Origin: Podarcis erhardii | Taxonomy: Eukaryota | Direction: 5' to 3' (one strand) | Assembly (NCBI GenBank): GCA_964252035.1 | Contig: OZ176210.1 | DNA: 64,000 nucleotides | Shown: positions 62,537-64,000 of the stretch, piece after piece | How positions within the stretch are numbered: position 1 is the first letter of the stretch | How the letters are laid out: every line of letters starts with the position of its first letter | Notes under the pieces: model-generated | What the model saw: only the letters and a program-made list of their open reading frames with translations | Told to the model about the DNA's origin: nothing | The model's database searches: none | Program-made: the position numbers and the translations under genes

Positions 62537-64000
62537 ACCTGGGTTTGGATGTAATGCAGCAGGACACAGAGAGGAGGGCAGCAACCATAATCTTTGCTCT
62601 GGCAACCAATGTACTCTCTCACTTGCAGATATGGTTTGGCTTAGTGGTACATGCAAACTGGACCAGTGTCTCTTTCAGGATTTACAGCACATTGCCTAGC
62701 TATGCATTAATGCAGGAGAAATCATTTCATAGCATCTTTGGTTTGTTAGCAGAAGGTAACCATTTTTCTTGGTAAAACTGAAGCTTTCAAATGCAAAAGG
62801 TTAGAACAATATTTCTACAAGAAACTGAATAATGGAGAGTTTTCAGCCTAAGACACAACAAGAAGCTGTTGTGGGATCAGTAGGTTTGTTTGCTTCCAGA
62901 TAAACAACACCTGCACAGCAAAGATGCCAACTGCTGAAAGTCTAATAACTTGCATTTTTGTACTGCCTTTTCTATCTGCATTCTTCTAGTCACCATGAAC
63001 CAGCAGCAGAAAACTGTTAACAATGCACTGATACCAATTCAGAAAGGTGTTGTTTCATGGTTAAAAACCACCTACTGCAATAGCTAAAAGCAAGTGACAG
63101 GAACATCCACATGGCAGATCTGAGTACAGTTATACACCCACAGACCATATGGACAGTGTTCTCTCTGGGCACCGTCCAGCCAAAGCTAAGTATTTAACTC
63201 TTGCTAATAATAAATGTGCAGATTTAAGCATGTGCTTGACCCTCATATTGAGAGCAATGGGACTTTAAAGTGCCCGATTTGATTGGATTGTGTCATGTGG
63301 TTAAATTGTTAAAATATCCTATTCAGAAATCAATTCCAGAAGACTGAATCATTCAATTTTGGATAGTTTGAGCTTGGACACTTCTCTGACATTTCCAACG
63401 TCAGGGCATACCAAGATAGGTTTGCCACACTCCTAAACCACTCTAACCAAGTCAGGGCACTATCTACTGCCAACGGAAGGGGGGAAAGCAATCAGATAGT
63501 GCTTAACCTCAGTGCAACATCCAAATAGTTAAGAATTCACATAACAAGCAGAAACATGCTGATGTACCCAAATCTCTAACATTTACAAAAACATAAACCA
63601 AGAAGCCACCAAATACTGAATATGAAAGATTGCAAAAACTCCTTCTGCAACACTTTCAAGTGAATTAACTGAAAATACTGTAAGTTAAATATAAACCCCA
63701 TGCCACATGTTTTTATTTCTTTTCAAGATAAAAAATTGTGTTTATCTAGGTTATGAAAGGGGGAAAAACACCTGGCCAGCCACAGTCAATGTAGTAAGCT
63801 ATGAGTTTTTATTGTTTGCATTTAAAAGTAAAAACATCTTTTTAAAGTAAAAATGTTGTGAAAATATTATAAACTGTCTCAGAAAAATGTCTTACAACTG
63901 AAAACTAATGTTAACGGTATTTGAGGGATTTTTCTAGTCCAGTTTAAAAAAAACCCCTGCAAGAAAGCTGTCCTCTGTTAAAGGAATGTCCCCAAACAAC

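Overview
Vertebrate genomic DNA, CpG-depleted and rich in squamate repeats. The Sauria SINE, BovB and lacertid-type MITE content points to a lacertid lizard such as Podarcis (inference). The whole window lies inside one minus-strand gene, ZSWIM6. Four coding exons were read manually with canonical AG/GT junctions and a continuous frame: 29258-28902, 22292-22144, 19528-19378 and 1038-859, matching human exons 2-5 as I recall them. Everything from 29259 to 64000 is part of the large first intron. The introns carry Sauria SINEs, tRNA-Lys- and tRNA-Ala-derived SINEs, a MIR/CORE-type SINE, fragments of L2, CR1, BovB and L1, Tc1/mariner and hAT MITEs, a Penelope-like GIY-YIG fragment, microsatellites and one 180-N assembly gap. 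The most notable observations are: (1) a tandem pair of Penelope-type minimal hammerhead ribozymes in sense orientation in intron 4, one core intact and one mutated; (2) exons 2-4 (657 nt, phase 1 to phase 1) bracketed by inverted repeat pairs, so a back-spliced circle would be a stop-free endless ORF; (3) a fold-back insertion with 31-bp perfect inverted arms inside a 14-bp direct repeat near exon 3; (4) an 83-bp flanking duplication around a SINE; and (5) perfect or near-perfect MITE-derived hairpins. No CRISPR array, rRNA or intact tRNA gene was found. I cannot claim a new system with confidence; the findings are testable candidates.
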